Positions 33,294 to 46,676 of a stretch of DNA of 64,000 bases are shown in pieces. The stretch covers positions 375,844,001 through 375,908,000 of the forward strand of contig OZ024743.1 in NCBI GenBank assembly GCA_964016885.1, read 5' to 3'. Under the pieces are notes generated by a model, which was given only the letters and a program-made list of their open reading frames with translations, ran no database searches and was not told the origin of the DNA. Source of the stretch: Eledone cirrhosa (taxonomy: Eukaryota). A program made the translations under genes and the position numbers. The stretch's first letter is position 1; every line of letters starts with the position of its first letter.

Positions 33294-35926
33294 ATGCTTC
33301 AAGCAAACTTCAATACTCTCTTATCCTTACACCTGAGCCAGGAATTGTTTGCATCCGTAAGGGAACTGTTTAGACTGTCGGAGAAATGGGCCAATGCTGG
33401 TTGTCAAATTATTTTCCTGAAACGCTGCCTAAAAAACGATGTCATCCCCAACACCATCAGAAACATCCGCTTACCAGTAAGCCTACGTACACCAGCTTTG
33501 CAAAACACCACTAACCGCATACATCGCACGTGTATTAAACAGATCCTGAGACATCTCAACCGCCAATTACACGTCCATAAGCGGATACTCTCAGAGCGGA
33601 CACACCGACTGTCAATAGCACCCAGGGACTTGCTCTTGAAAATCACTAAAGCAATCGACCAGTGCTACCACTCCAGAGTCCAATACGAGAAAAAACGGCT
33701 CAAGCGAAAATATGAGTGGATCTTGTCGGAACGCCACAACGAGAACATCGACACTAACGAACAGACGGACCAGAACCACGTGGAAAACAACAACTTAACA
33801 ACCGCCACCGCAGCATCCACCAACACCGATCCACACCTCAACGATGCAACGCACCTGGTCACCGACCTAACCGGCACTCTCACGAGCGACGAGCTGAAAC
33901 TCCTACACCTCGGACCCAAGTTCATCGTCTCACAACGTCTCGACGACAGACTCAAACTCAACATCGAGGCCAACTTTTGTCGAGCCGCTTACCAACTTAA
34001 ATGGGTGACCGCCATCAACAGCGCCACAGAAAATAACAGCGCCCACGCAACCCACCCCAAGTTCCCCACTTACCACCCCGACAACCCACTCCACCCCCCA
34101 CCCACCAACCACGAACTCGACACTAAACTCATCAGGCTAAAACACTCCATCTCGGATATACTTCACAAACACACACACACATACACACACGCACAACACA
34201 TAACCTCACCAAATCTCAACTCACCACTCTCTCCAACCTAAAATCGAAGAACCTCATCTATCTCCCCTCCGACAAGGGAAAAGAATTCTGCGTCATCAGC
34301 AGAGAGGCCTACAACACCCTGGCCCTCCAACACCTTGACGATGACAACCTCTACTCCAAGGTCACGGGAATCACTCCCGCGCAGATAGAGGAGCACATCA
34401 ACGCCGCCTGGACCAACATCTGCGACCGGCAGAAGCTCCTGAAGAAGCTGAGATACAACCTCCTCACGAGGAACAGCAGACTACCCGCCTTCTACCACCT
34501 CGTGAAAACACATAAACAGGGACCCGACCTGAAAATCAGGCCCATTTTATCGAGCGTGGAGGGACCACTCTACAAAATTTCATGGCTCCTAGCCAGAATA
34601 CTCAAACCCATCTTAGACACCTTGCCGGGACACGTTAACAGCTCCGAGGAGGTGTTGAAGCGCCTGCATCAAATGGATCCCGACACCAGAAGGAATAACA
34701 GATACGCCTTCAGCCTTGATGTAGTCGCTCTCTACACCTCGGTCCCGGCACTCCCGGCCGTCAATATACTGATGGAACGTGTCCAATCCACCGACCTATA
34801 CTGCTTCGGGTTCACCACCACTGACATCCACCAACTCCTATCCATCGTCGTCGACAACACCTACTTCGGATTCATTGACCAAATATACCAACAAACCTCG
34901 GGATTGCCCATGGGATCAAGCCTATCAGGTGTGCTAGCGATCTCTTACATGGACAACCTCGAACGCAAGGCACTCAACGCCTGCCACCCCAACGCCGTAG
35001 CCTTTTTCTCAAGGTACGTGGACGATATCCTCATCCTCACATCTTCCCAAGAGACGGCGAACAGAATCTATGAGACGTTCAACAACACGGACGAGAACAT
35101 TGACTTCAGTGTTGAACACCCCAACGAACACGGGTCACTTGCCCTCCTCGACTTCCGAATCAACATCACGGAACAGGGAAGGATCCACTGCAACTTCTAC
35201 CGAATGGCAGCCTGCAGGGACCTGTTCGTTCACTACAAGTCCGCCCTCCCTAACAGTGCCAAAAGAGGATACATCACGAACGAGATCGCGCGAATCAAAA
35301 ACAGATGCAGCGATCCCGCTAGTGGTGTCACACATACCAAGAGATTCCTCGAGGTGCTGGAGACGAACGGGTATCCTACCTCGCTCACAGACAGAGTGGG
35401 AGACACCAGACACAAGAGACAGAGAGGCACCCAAAGCAAGTGCTTCCTTAAAATGCCACACCTGGGCGAGAATACCACCAACGCTATCCGCAAGGCTATA
35501 CGGAGGGAGGGCCTCGACATTCACCTGGCCCATTCGGGCCCCTCCCTGCGAAGATGCCTCTCCAGAAAACCCGGGAAATCTACTGACGCGTGCTCCCTCA
35601 GAGACTGCCCGATACGCAATGCGAACTGTTGCCTACGCACATACGTCGTGTATAAGGTAGAATGTGACAGGTGCAACCAATACTATATAGGTAGCACAAT
35701 CCGACATTTGCACATCCGGATCAAGGAACACACTAAAACCAGGGCCTCGTCTTTCCGGAAACACATAGACAAATGCGGAAACAAAGACGGAAGGCCCATT
35801 GTCACAATTCTAGCGACTGAAAGAAACGTCGGCACGTTACGTATCAAGGAAGCGCTTTTTATCAAACGCCTTGCACCGCAAATAAACAATCGATCCGAGA
35901 GAAGCGAAATGAAGTGGCTGGTTTAA
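33294..35926 (+). pseudogene. PLE polyprotein (N-terminal domain, RT, GIY-YIG) with one frameshift in a (CA)n tract near 34170-34200
   Basis: [19 protein letters not shown], then PSDKG, SLDVVALYT, GLPMGS, RYVDD, VVYKVEC..YIGST, KEALFI..INNR. Confidence 0.92.
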
Positions 35927-36303
35927 GTTAACAAACGATGCAGCAACACACGCACACACACACAAACGAGACAACTACACACGCACACGCACACACACAC
36001 AGTAGCATTCCACCATACGAACATACTACACTGCCAATACAGAGGAACAAGGCAACAACACACACACTCAAGCGAGACAACAACACACGCACACACACAC
36101 ACAGTAACATTTAACAAACAGGCAGAGAATGGACTGACAGCTAGCACCATCCCACTCCCACATTCGGCCGTTGACCTCTGCCCGACCGACCCCATTTCAC
36201 GCGCACGCGCGCTCTGCCGAATACCTCAGATATTCAAAACAACAAACAGCGGAGGACGCGTTTCGCACCTTCCGACAGACCTTTCCCCCACCCCGGAAAA
36301 AAA

Positions 36304-36340
36304 CCCCAGTTGATGGATGTGAATCCGAAATATATAGGGA
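36304..36340 (+). ncRNA. Atypical HHR-like motif (CAGUUGA core) in family B pLTR; copies 33035-33070, 54823-54850 (truncated), 58635-58671 (minus)
   Basis: CCC-CAGUUGA-U-GGAU guga AUCC-GAAA-UAUAU-A-GGG. Confidence 0.65.
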
Positions 36341-36737
36341 CAATTAATTCTCACCCAAGGTACCTCTCTCTCGTGTTCTTATTTTCATTTTATCCTTTAT
36401 ACTCTTTCCTTCATTCTTCTACACGTCTTATACACACCACGCATCTCAACGTACACCCACTAACATCTCTCTCTCCACCACCGGATCTTGTTACCCGGAG
36501 ATTTGCCCATTTGCATTGTCGAGGCTTCCAAATGACTTAAAGATATTTACCTATTATTCCACAATGCTTCAAGCAAACTTCAATACTCTCATATATATAT
36601 ATATAAAAATATATATAAATATATATATATATATTAATATATATATATAAATATAAATATATATAAAAATATATAAATATACATATATAAATATAAATAT
36701 ATATAAAATATATAAATATATATATATATAAAAATAT

Positions 36738-36772
<35 letters not shown>

Positions 36773-36800
36773 AATATATATATATGTATATATATATATA

Positions 36801-37027
36801 TGCTTGAAACTAGTACAGCGTTCCTTTGTCAGTGTTGAACAAACGAGCAACGATGGTTGCTAGACACTACGGCTTTATACGGGATGTTTGTTTACAACAC
36901 ACCGAGCATTATAATAAATGTTCGGTGAATCCATACCTACATATATATATGTGTGCATGTATGTATATATATATACATACTACTGTACGTCTGTATACAT
37001 ATATGTATGTACGTGTACATACTTATA
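36801..37027 (+). repeat. Diverged family A retrozyme fragment starting inside the HHR
   Basis: gcttgaaactagtacagcgttcc..gtcagtgttgaacaaa matches the family A unit. Confidence 0.7.
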
Positions 37028-37059
37028 TATATATAAATATATATAAATATATATATATA

Positions 37060-37133
<74 letters not shown>

Positions 37134-37138
37134 ATTAT

Positions 37139-37171
<33 letters not shown>

Positions 37172-37176
37172 ATTAT

Positions 37177-38119
<943 letters not shown>

Positions 38120-38220
38120 ATTTATATATATATATATTGATATATATATATATATTTTATATATATATATATTATATATATATATATTTATATATATATA
38201 TATTTATATATATATATATT

Positions 38221-38252
<32 letters not shown>

Positions 38253-38257
38253 TATAT

Positions 38258-38700
38258 ATACAAGTTAATATAAATTAATATATGATAAACACGTAAGTGT
38301 TTGCATTGCAAAAGACTAAGTTAGCTAGAATGAAATAAACTAATTAAAATAAATATAGTTTGTCCGTCTATAAATGAGCTTGTTTTTATCGATTTATATC
38401 GAGACGGACAAACTATATTTATTTTAATTAGTTTATTTCATTCTAGCTAACTTAGTCTTTTGCAATGCAAACACTTACGTGTTTATCATATATTAATTTA
38501 TAATTGGCAGTATCAGTAGAGGGTCGGACGCCATGCTTTCCAGCATAGTTACGTCCCTTTACGATCTGAGTTCAAATACCGCCGAGGTTGACTTTGCCTT
38601 TCATCCTTACGGGGTCGATAAAATAAAGTACCAGTAATGCACTGGGTAATTGCTGGCCTTGTGCCTAAAGTAGAAACAATTAATTTATATTAACTTGTAT
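38258..38700. repeat. Fold-back inverted repeat with the right arm split by a SINE
   Basis: 38258-38369 pairs with 38402-38502 plus 38690-38700. Confidence 0.85.
38503..38678 (+). mobile_element. ~175-bp SINE (second family)
   Basis: B-box-like gagttcaaatacc, central gactttgcctttcatcc..ggggtcgataaaa..gtaccag, and TSD ATTAATTTATA at 38492-38502 and 38679-38689. A copy lies at 55486-55663. Confidence 0.85.
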
Positions 38701-38837
38701 TTCACGGCTCAGAAATGCTTCTTTCTTTGAGCTAATTAATTGTAAATGACTCCAAATATATGATATATTTATATATATATATATTTATATATATATATTT
38801 ATATATATATATTTATATATATATATATTTATATATA

Positions 38838-40530
38838 ATCGTGGTCAACTTCTTGGATGTCACCTTCAACCTTAATAACGGTAATATAGAGCCATTTCAC
38901 AAACTTAATGAAAATCTCAAGTACGTTAATGTAAAATCGAACCATCCCCATTCCATTATTAAATCTATCCCTAAAAATATATCCATAAGGATATCCCGAC
39001 TGTCGTCTAATTTGCAGACCTTCAACGAGCATGCTGAATATTATAATGACGCACTTAGAAAAGCTGGTTACTGCGAGAAAATAGAATATCTAGATGATAA
39101 CTACATAAGTACTATGAATAAAACACATCTAAGTCGAACTAGTATTGCACCACACACACACATCAATAGGTGCAAACCAGCAAATAGAGTCAGACGTAGA
39201 GAGTACATATGGTATAACCCCGTGTACAATATTTCTATTAGCACTAAGATTATCTCACAATTCTATACACTAATCAATAAACACTTTACAACTTCACATA
39301 AATACTATAAAATCTTAAACTCGCGCACCATTAGACTCTCATACTCCACTGCACCTAACATAGAACAACTAATTAAAAAACTCAACTCAACAATACTAAA
39401 TAAGTACATCCCTAATGACACAGCGCACCAGCATAGCAACATACAACGCACTAACACGCAACTACAACCCCACCTAACTATCCAGGATACTACTGCAAAA
39501 CATAAAAATAACTGTAACGGCACCAAACCAGGTACGTGCCCACTGAATAACCAGTGCCCACTGAATAACCAGTGCACGCAATAGTGTCTACCGATGTACA
39601 ATAAATTCCGGAACAAACAAATGGTATTACGTCGGATGTACCGCAACATCTTTCAAAGCTCGCCTATACCAACATCGATCTTCGATCAGGCATGAGAAAA
39701 TGCGCTCCGTAACAACCCTCGCCGATAAAGCCTGGCAGCTTCGGAGGAACAATCAAGCATTCTCCCTTGATTGGCAAATTATTGTAGCTGCGCCTGCATA
39801 TAAGCAAAATCATCGATTCTGTAAATTATGCAATATGGAGATATACTGCATTTTAACGTCGGAAAACAAACTTTTGAACAGCAAAATTGAACGTTCATTT
39901 TACTCTAACCATCGTTTGAAAACGACTTTTTTCTTTTTTTAAATGCATGTAATGTTACCTTTTTACACCACCGTTTGCAAATTTCTGTTTTATATGTTTA
40001 TACACACGATATGGCTTTCTATAATAATAGCACTAAACACTGTTTTTTGGACCCCTTTAGAAATAACCTGCTACTATACTAGCCCCAATAACTTGTCTGT
40101 AACTCTGTACCACTTTGACCCCTTTAACTAAATTTTGTCCAAACAACACCACTAGAAGAATTTACTTCCCCCGCCAACCCTAACACGCCTCATTAAGCTA
40201 ACTGCTGCCAAAGCGTTCTCTCCTTACAATCTCTACTACTCTGACAGTCTTAAATCCTAAGACTCCCTCCCCCTTACTCGCTTCCCTCTTCCCCTTCCCT
40301 TCCTACCTCCTTCTTTCTCACATATCTAGTGTATAAAATATTTTCATATCATTCTACTACAAAGGTCTCATGACATGGTGTGTTTTCTTACAGTGTACCT
40401 ACGATTTATGATAATATTTTTATATTATTCAAATAGCGAGGTATAGGTAACCCATACACTATAGAAACAATTGTTACCTAATAAATTCTTTATACCCGCA
40501 TTTCCGTTTCACAAACTTCTTCTCCATATA
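38838..40530 (+). mobile_element. 5'-truncated Naiad-like PLE (RT C-terminus, EN, 3' region)
   Basis: VNFLDVTFNL, SNHP, WYNPVY, LSYST, CPLNNQC, frameshifted YVG, CKLCNME. Confidence 0.88.
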
Positions 40531-40584
40531 TTTATATATATATATATTTATATATATATGTATTTATATCTATATATCTATATA

Positions 40585-40631
<47 letters not shown>

Positions 40632-40633
40632 AT

Positions 40634-40700
<67 letters not shown>

Positions 40701-40805
40701 ATATTTATATATATATTTATATATATTTATATATATATATTTAGATATATATATATATATATTTATATATATTTATATATATAGATATTTATATATATAG
40801 ATATT

Positions 40806-40854
<49 letters not shown>

Positions 40855-40876
40855 TTATATATATATATATATTTAG

Positions 40877-40904
<28 letters not shown>

Positions 40905-40908
<4 letters not shown>

Positions 40909-41832
40909 ATACTTTGGGAGGGTCATGTTGCCAATAAGAAACACACGCACCAGTTGCTTTCACTTCAATTTATTATAATAAATTTATAAATTTAGGAATT
41001 TATACATTTCCGGTTGGTTGGTTGGTTCCACAACCAGGTAGTTGTTTATATATAGTCAAAGTTCTTTTGTCACACATTCTGTGACCTCTTCAGTGACTGG
41101 GGATTCTTTTCTTTGTTTTTGTGCCTCTCCTTTGTTCTGTCCTATGCCATTTTGTTTCTGTGTGTGTGTTGTGTGCTCAGTCTGCGCATGCGCCACATCC
41201 GGGTGCCTGTGTGTGTTTATATTCGTTTATTTATTTGTTTATTTACATGTTACAGGTTGGTTGTTTGTTCTGTGCGTGTGTGTTTTCATTTTGTCCTTAA
41301 TTGTAAGTTGTGATGTTGCTGTTCCACTCATATTTTCTATTTAATTTTGGTTGTAATTCTATTATGTTTATTGCCTCTGTGATTTGTCTAAACATTGCGT
41401 CTTTTCTGTGTGTAGATTCTATTTTTATTTCTATGTTCTCTAATTTACCCTTATGTTCTATTTTAGCATGTTGGTAGAGTACAGATGATTCTTTACTATC
41501 TTGAAGGTCTCGCCAGTGTTCATTTATCCGTTCCCCTACACTACGAGCTGTCTCACCTATGCACACTATATTTTTGTCTCTACATTGTCCTTCAGTACAT
41601 CTTATGCTATATACTACATTTCTAGTTTTACAGTTAATATGGGGGCTTAATTTACAGGTTATACATTTCTTATCTATACAGGGGGTCTTTGAAAAGGGTA
41701 TGTCTTGCTAATAAGTGTTTTTACGGAGGTACCTGGTCTTTCTACTATCTTAATATTGAGTTTATCTTTATCTAGGGCCCTTCTAAATTTGTAAGCTAAT
41801 TCACCTCTAGGGGTTGTATCGATGAACATTAC
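40905..41832 (-). mobile_element. PLE 3' fragment with mutated HHR (41055-41097, GAAA to AAAA)
   Basis: [29 protein letters not shown], followed by a pLTR like 31900-32370. Confidence 0.9.
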
Positions 41833-41890
41833 ACTCTGGTATTTATTGCTATCATACCATGAGTTTATTCTATTAGCCTTATTCCTAGTT

Positions 41891-41954
<64 letters not shown>

Positions 41955-41956
41955 TT

Positions 41957-42005
<49 letters not shown>

Positions 42006-42022
42006 AATATATAAATATATAG

Positions 42023-42126
<104 letters not shown>

Positions 42127-42158
42127 AGAATATTTTCGAAACAGCGAGTGGATTTAAA

Positions 42159-42500
<342 letters not shown>

Positions 42501-42501
42501 A

Positions 42502-42532
<31 letters not shown>

Positions 42533-42545
42533 AATATATATATAA

Positions 42546-42680
<135 letters not shown>

Positions 42681-42701
42681 TATATAAATATATATAAATA
42701 T

Positions 42702-42761
<60 letters not shown>

Positions 42762-42764
<3 letters not shown>

Positions 42765-44150
42765 ATCAAAAGATGGTTAAAAGAGTTCCATGAATTTTAT
42801 TATGCGCATTTCACAAACAAATATCATCATGCAATAACATTTGTGTTTTAATCAGATAAAATAGGAAGACATGATATGAAGGTTAAAAAACACTTGTGAA
42901 TAGTGCAGTTTTAAATCAACATATGAAAAGTAGTTTTAGATTGATGTGTGATAATGGGAAAAAAAAATTTTGAGGGGGCGGGGGGAGGTTGGAAAGGATG
43001 AAAAAGAGGAGGAGATGAGAGTAAAAAGTGTAGGGGGAGGAGTATAATGAGGAAGGATGAGATAGAAGGAGAGATGGGTGATAGAGAGAGAGAGATAGCT
43101 TTTATAACTGAGAAAAATATATTGTTTTATATAGAGAGGTTGAAAAACCGTTGGAAGATAATATATAAATTAAAAGAATTTGAAAATTAACGAAGAGAAA
43201 AATAATGTTAAGTTAAGGTTTGTATATTGAAGGGTTTAATAATATGTGCGATGAAAAGAAATTGTTAATATGTATTAAGAATAATATTTAAGGGTTTAAT
43301 AATATGTGCGATGGAAAGAAATTGTTGATATGTATTATTAAAAAATATAAAAATATAGCAATAGTAATGTAATTAAGGATATATTGTGAAAGAAGTAGAA
43401 GAGAGGATGAATAAGTGTAATATGTATAAGTTAGATGAGCATGAAAGGGAGAAACGTCAAAAAAATGTTTATGTTTACGAAGGATTTTTTCAAGGTGATA
43501 TAAAGTAAGAATATATTGTACTGCGTAATAATTGTTTCTATGTTAGGCACAATGAGAAAAGGTACAGATTAGGGGTTAGAAATTAAAAGAAAAAGGAAAA
43601 GAAAAGGAAAAGGAAGAAATGGAAGTGATAAATAGGAATGATATAGAAGGAGTAACTAGTATTATATAATGTATAATAAATAACTTTGAAATAAGGTTGA
43701 AGGATGGGTATGTTTTTAAAGAAGTATATATATATGTGCCTTTGAGAAAAGGATTTTAAATTGATAAAGTATTAGATATTAGCTGTATACTTTATCGAAT
43801 GTTCTGTGGAATTTATGCAAGCAGAGAGAAAACAAGTCAGTGCGTCTATTTATAGAATCTAAATTAGATATAATGGTAAATTTTTCATTTAAACAGAGAT
43901 TGCAAGTCTTGGATAGAGAACTGTTCAAGTATAGAGAAGCAGAAGAAACCTTTTTCCAAGAGATGTTATATTTAATATTTTTGTCTTTCAAGGACCATAT
44001 GAGTTCTGAGAGTGCCGTGTTGGTTCTTTTAAGTTGGTATTTAAAAGACGAATGATGATTATAAAGACGAGCTTTAAAGGAGGTGGAAGTGGAGCCAAAA
44101 TAGGTGAAGGAATTGGTGTCAGTTATAACTTTACATTCGTAGATTAAGTT
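42762..44150 (-). mobile_element. Naiad-like PLE 3' fragment; degenerate HHR at 42794-42862
   Basis: [25 protein letters not shown]. Reverse complement AUUUUAU-CUGAUUA-stem II-GAAA-UGCGCA-UA-AUAAAAU. Confidence 0.85.
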
Positions 44151-44169
44151 TTATATATAAGTCACCTCC

Positions 44170-44254
<85 letters not shown>

Positions 44255-44339
44255 AAATATATATATATATATATATATAAATATATATATAAATATATTT
44301 GTTTAGCAAGATTCTTTATATATATATATATATATATTT

Positions 44340-44696
44340 GAACTGAACAGCCTGAATTTTTATGCCGTACGGTGTTAAGGCAACCACGTCACCTTTTTGT
44401 TCAACACTGACACAGGAACGATGTACTAGTTTCAAGCTTGTTAGCTATCATCAGCACCGTATACCCATCTGCCAGATAGTTGAACGTTCGAAAGTATATA
44501 CTTTCCTTATGAAAATTAACGGCTGAGCAGCCTAATTTGCATATCGAGTGAGCTAAGTCGGTCAGGCATACCGAAAACGATAAGTTGAGATAAAATGAAA
44601 ACGAAATTTCATTTCTCACTCTTAGTACGGCACTTACTTAAATGTAAGTATGTGTGTATACGTACATACATATATGCATACAGACGTACAGTAGCA

Positions 44697-44700
<4 letters not shown>
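44340..44700 (-). repeat. Solo partial family A retrozyme unit (HHR 44417-44460)
   Basis: Matches the 470-bp unit and is flanked by (TA)n. Confidence 0.9.
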
Positions 44701-44745
<45 letters not shown>

Positions 44746-44785
44746 GATATTAAATAAATGGAAACTATATTTATAAAACCATATC

Positions 44786-44851
44786 TATTTCATTATATAT
44801 ATTTCAGGGATATCATATTAACAATATGTTATGCCTTCCTCAGACAAAATA
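44786..44851 (-). ncRNA. Type I HHR (decayed plus-strand homologue at 60604-60668 with UAAA for GAAA)
   Basis: Reverse complement UAUUUUGU-CUGAGGA-AGGCAUA..UAUCCCU-GAAA-UAUAUAU-A-AUGAAAUA. Confidence 0.78.
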
Positions 44852-44946
44852 CAATATAGACAGTTTTATAGATAAATAGATTTGACATACCGTTCAACAT
44901 CGACTTGTATTTGAAAAAGTTGATTTGGCAGTGAAAAATTGTAAAC

Positions 44947-44989
<43 letters not shown>

Positions 44990-45679
44990 AAACGAAGAAA
45001 AGGAAGAAAAAGAAGAAATGCATGCAACAAAATAGAGAGATGGAAAGATAGATAAAGAGAAGAACTTCATTTAAAGAAACAGAGAGAGATATATATAGAG
45101 AGAGGAAATAGATAGAGATAGATATATATAGAGAAAAGTAGGTAGTTGAACATCCGTTGAATGAACATATCAATGATACATTTATTTATTTATTTATTTA
45201 TTTAGCTCTAGTATTAATGTAAGGGAGATATATGTGGTTAGGAAAGAAACCAGCCGTTATATAGAGAGAAAAATGAAAAGTAACCAGACATAGGCGAGGC
45301 AGAATTTAAAGACCCTATGTTTTAATGTAGAAATATTAGTTCGTATAAAAACCAGGCACTATAATGTAAATATCAGTATTCCTGAATGAGACATGTATCC
45401 ATAATGTGTGAAAAGTAATGATCTTATGTCTAGTTTTAAAAATTCATATGTTTATATGATAACTACAAACATCGATGTGAATTTACGTGATCAACTCTGC
45501 AAACCCCTATTTCACACTGAGAACATTCTCATTGTGCTATAAAAATTTAAGTATACATATATGTGTATATATACACATATATATAGAGTCTATATTAATT
45601 TTAACAATACTATTCTTGTCTTTACTCTACATGATTATCTATCAAGCAGAAATAGAGAACAGATTTCAATATATTAATA

Positions 45680-45707
<28 letters not shown>

Positions 45708-45710
<3 letters not shown>

Positions 45711-45823
45711 GGAACCAGTAAGACCCCGACAGCTGAGCTCAAGCCGTTTCAACGGCTAATTCTAGACTGAATTAGCCGTCGAAACGGCTTGAGCTCAGCT
45801 GTCGGGGTGTTACTGGTTCCTAT
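45708..45823. repeat. GC-rich hairpin with 55-bp arms and a 6-nt loop
   Basis: ataggaaccagtaa..ggctaattc-tagact-gaattagcc..ttactggttcctat, with 2 mismatches. Confidence 0.9.
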
Positions 45824-45899
45824 TACCAACTCTACTACCTCAAGTATTGAGTACTTTGGTGCGTTATGGTCCACCTGGTTCCTTACCACATTTCCTTCG

Positions 45900-46056
<157 letters not shown>

Positions 46057-46175
46057 CAGGTACACATACATATATGGACGTATCAGTTTAGCGGACGCTT
46101 ATTATAATGCCGCTTTGTTGGTTTGTGAAAAAACTGAACAGCCTGAATTTTTATGCCTGTATGTGCCTGTATGTA

Positions 46176-46213
<38 letters not shown>

Positions 46214-46269
46214 TGCTACTGTACGTCTGTATGCATATATGTATGTACGTATACACACATACTTATATA

Positions 46270-46411
<142 letters not shown>

Positions 46412-46412
46412 A

Positions 46413-46445
<33 letters not shown>

Positions 46446-46457
46446 AATATATATATG

Positions 46458-46563
<106 letters not shown>

Positions 46564-46627
46564 TATATATATATAAATATATATATATATAAATATATAT
46601 ATATAAATATATATATTTATATATATT

Positions 46628-46670
<43 letters not shown>

Positions 46671-46676
<6 letters not shown>

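Larger units (their letters stand above)
32553..36590 (+). mobile_element. Full-length PLE family B in the classic partial-tandem form (5' pLTR ~32553-33320, 3' pLTR ~35834-36590)
   Basis: Direct repeats of about 760 bp flank the ORF. The 3' end runs into (TA)n. Confidence 0.95.

Noticed and set aside
35070-35660. Alternative-frame and antisense ORFs over PLE RT regions
   Set aside because: They are shadow ORFs of C/A-rich coding sequence with no independent motifs.
45708-45823. pre-miRNA or MITE
   Set aside because: No TSD. The right arm continues into a repeat end shared with 11066-11120, so it is better explained as another fold-back.
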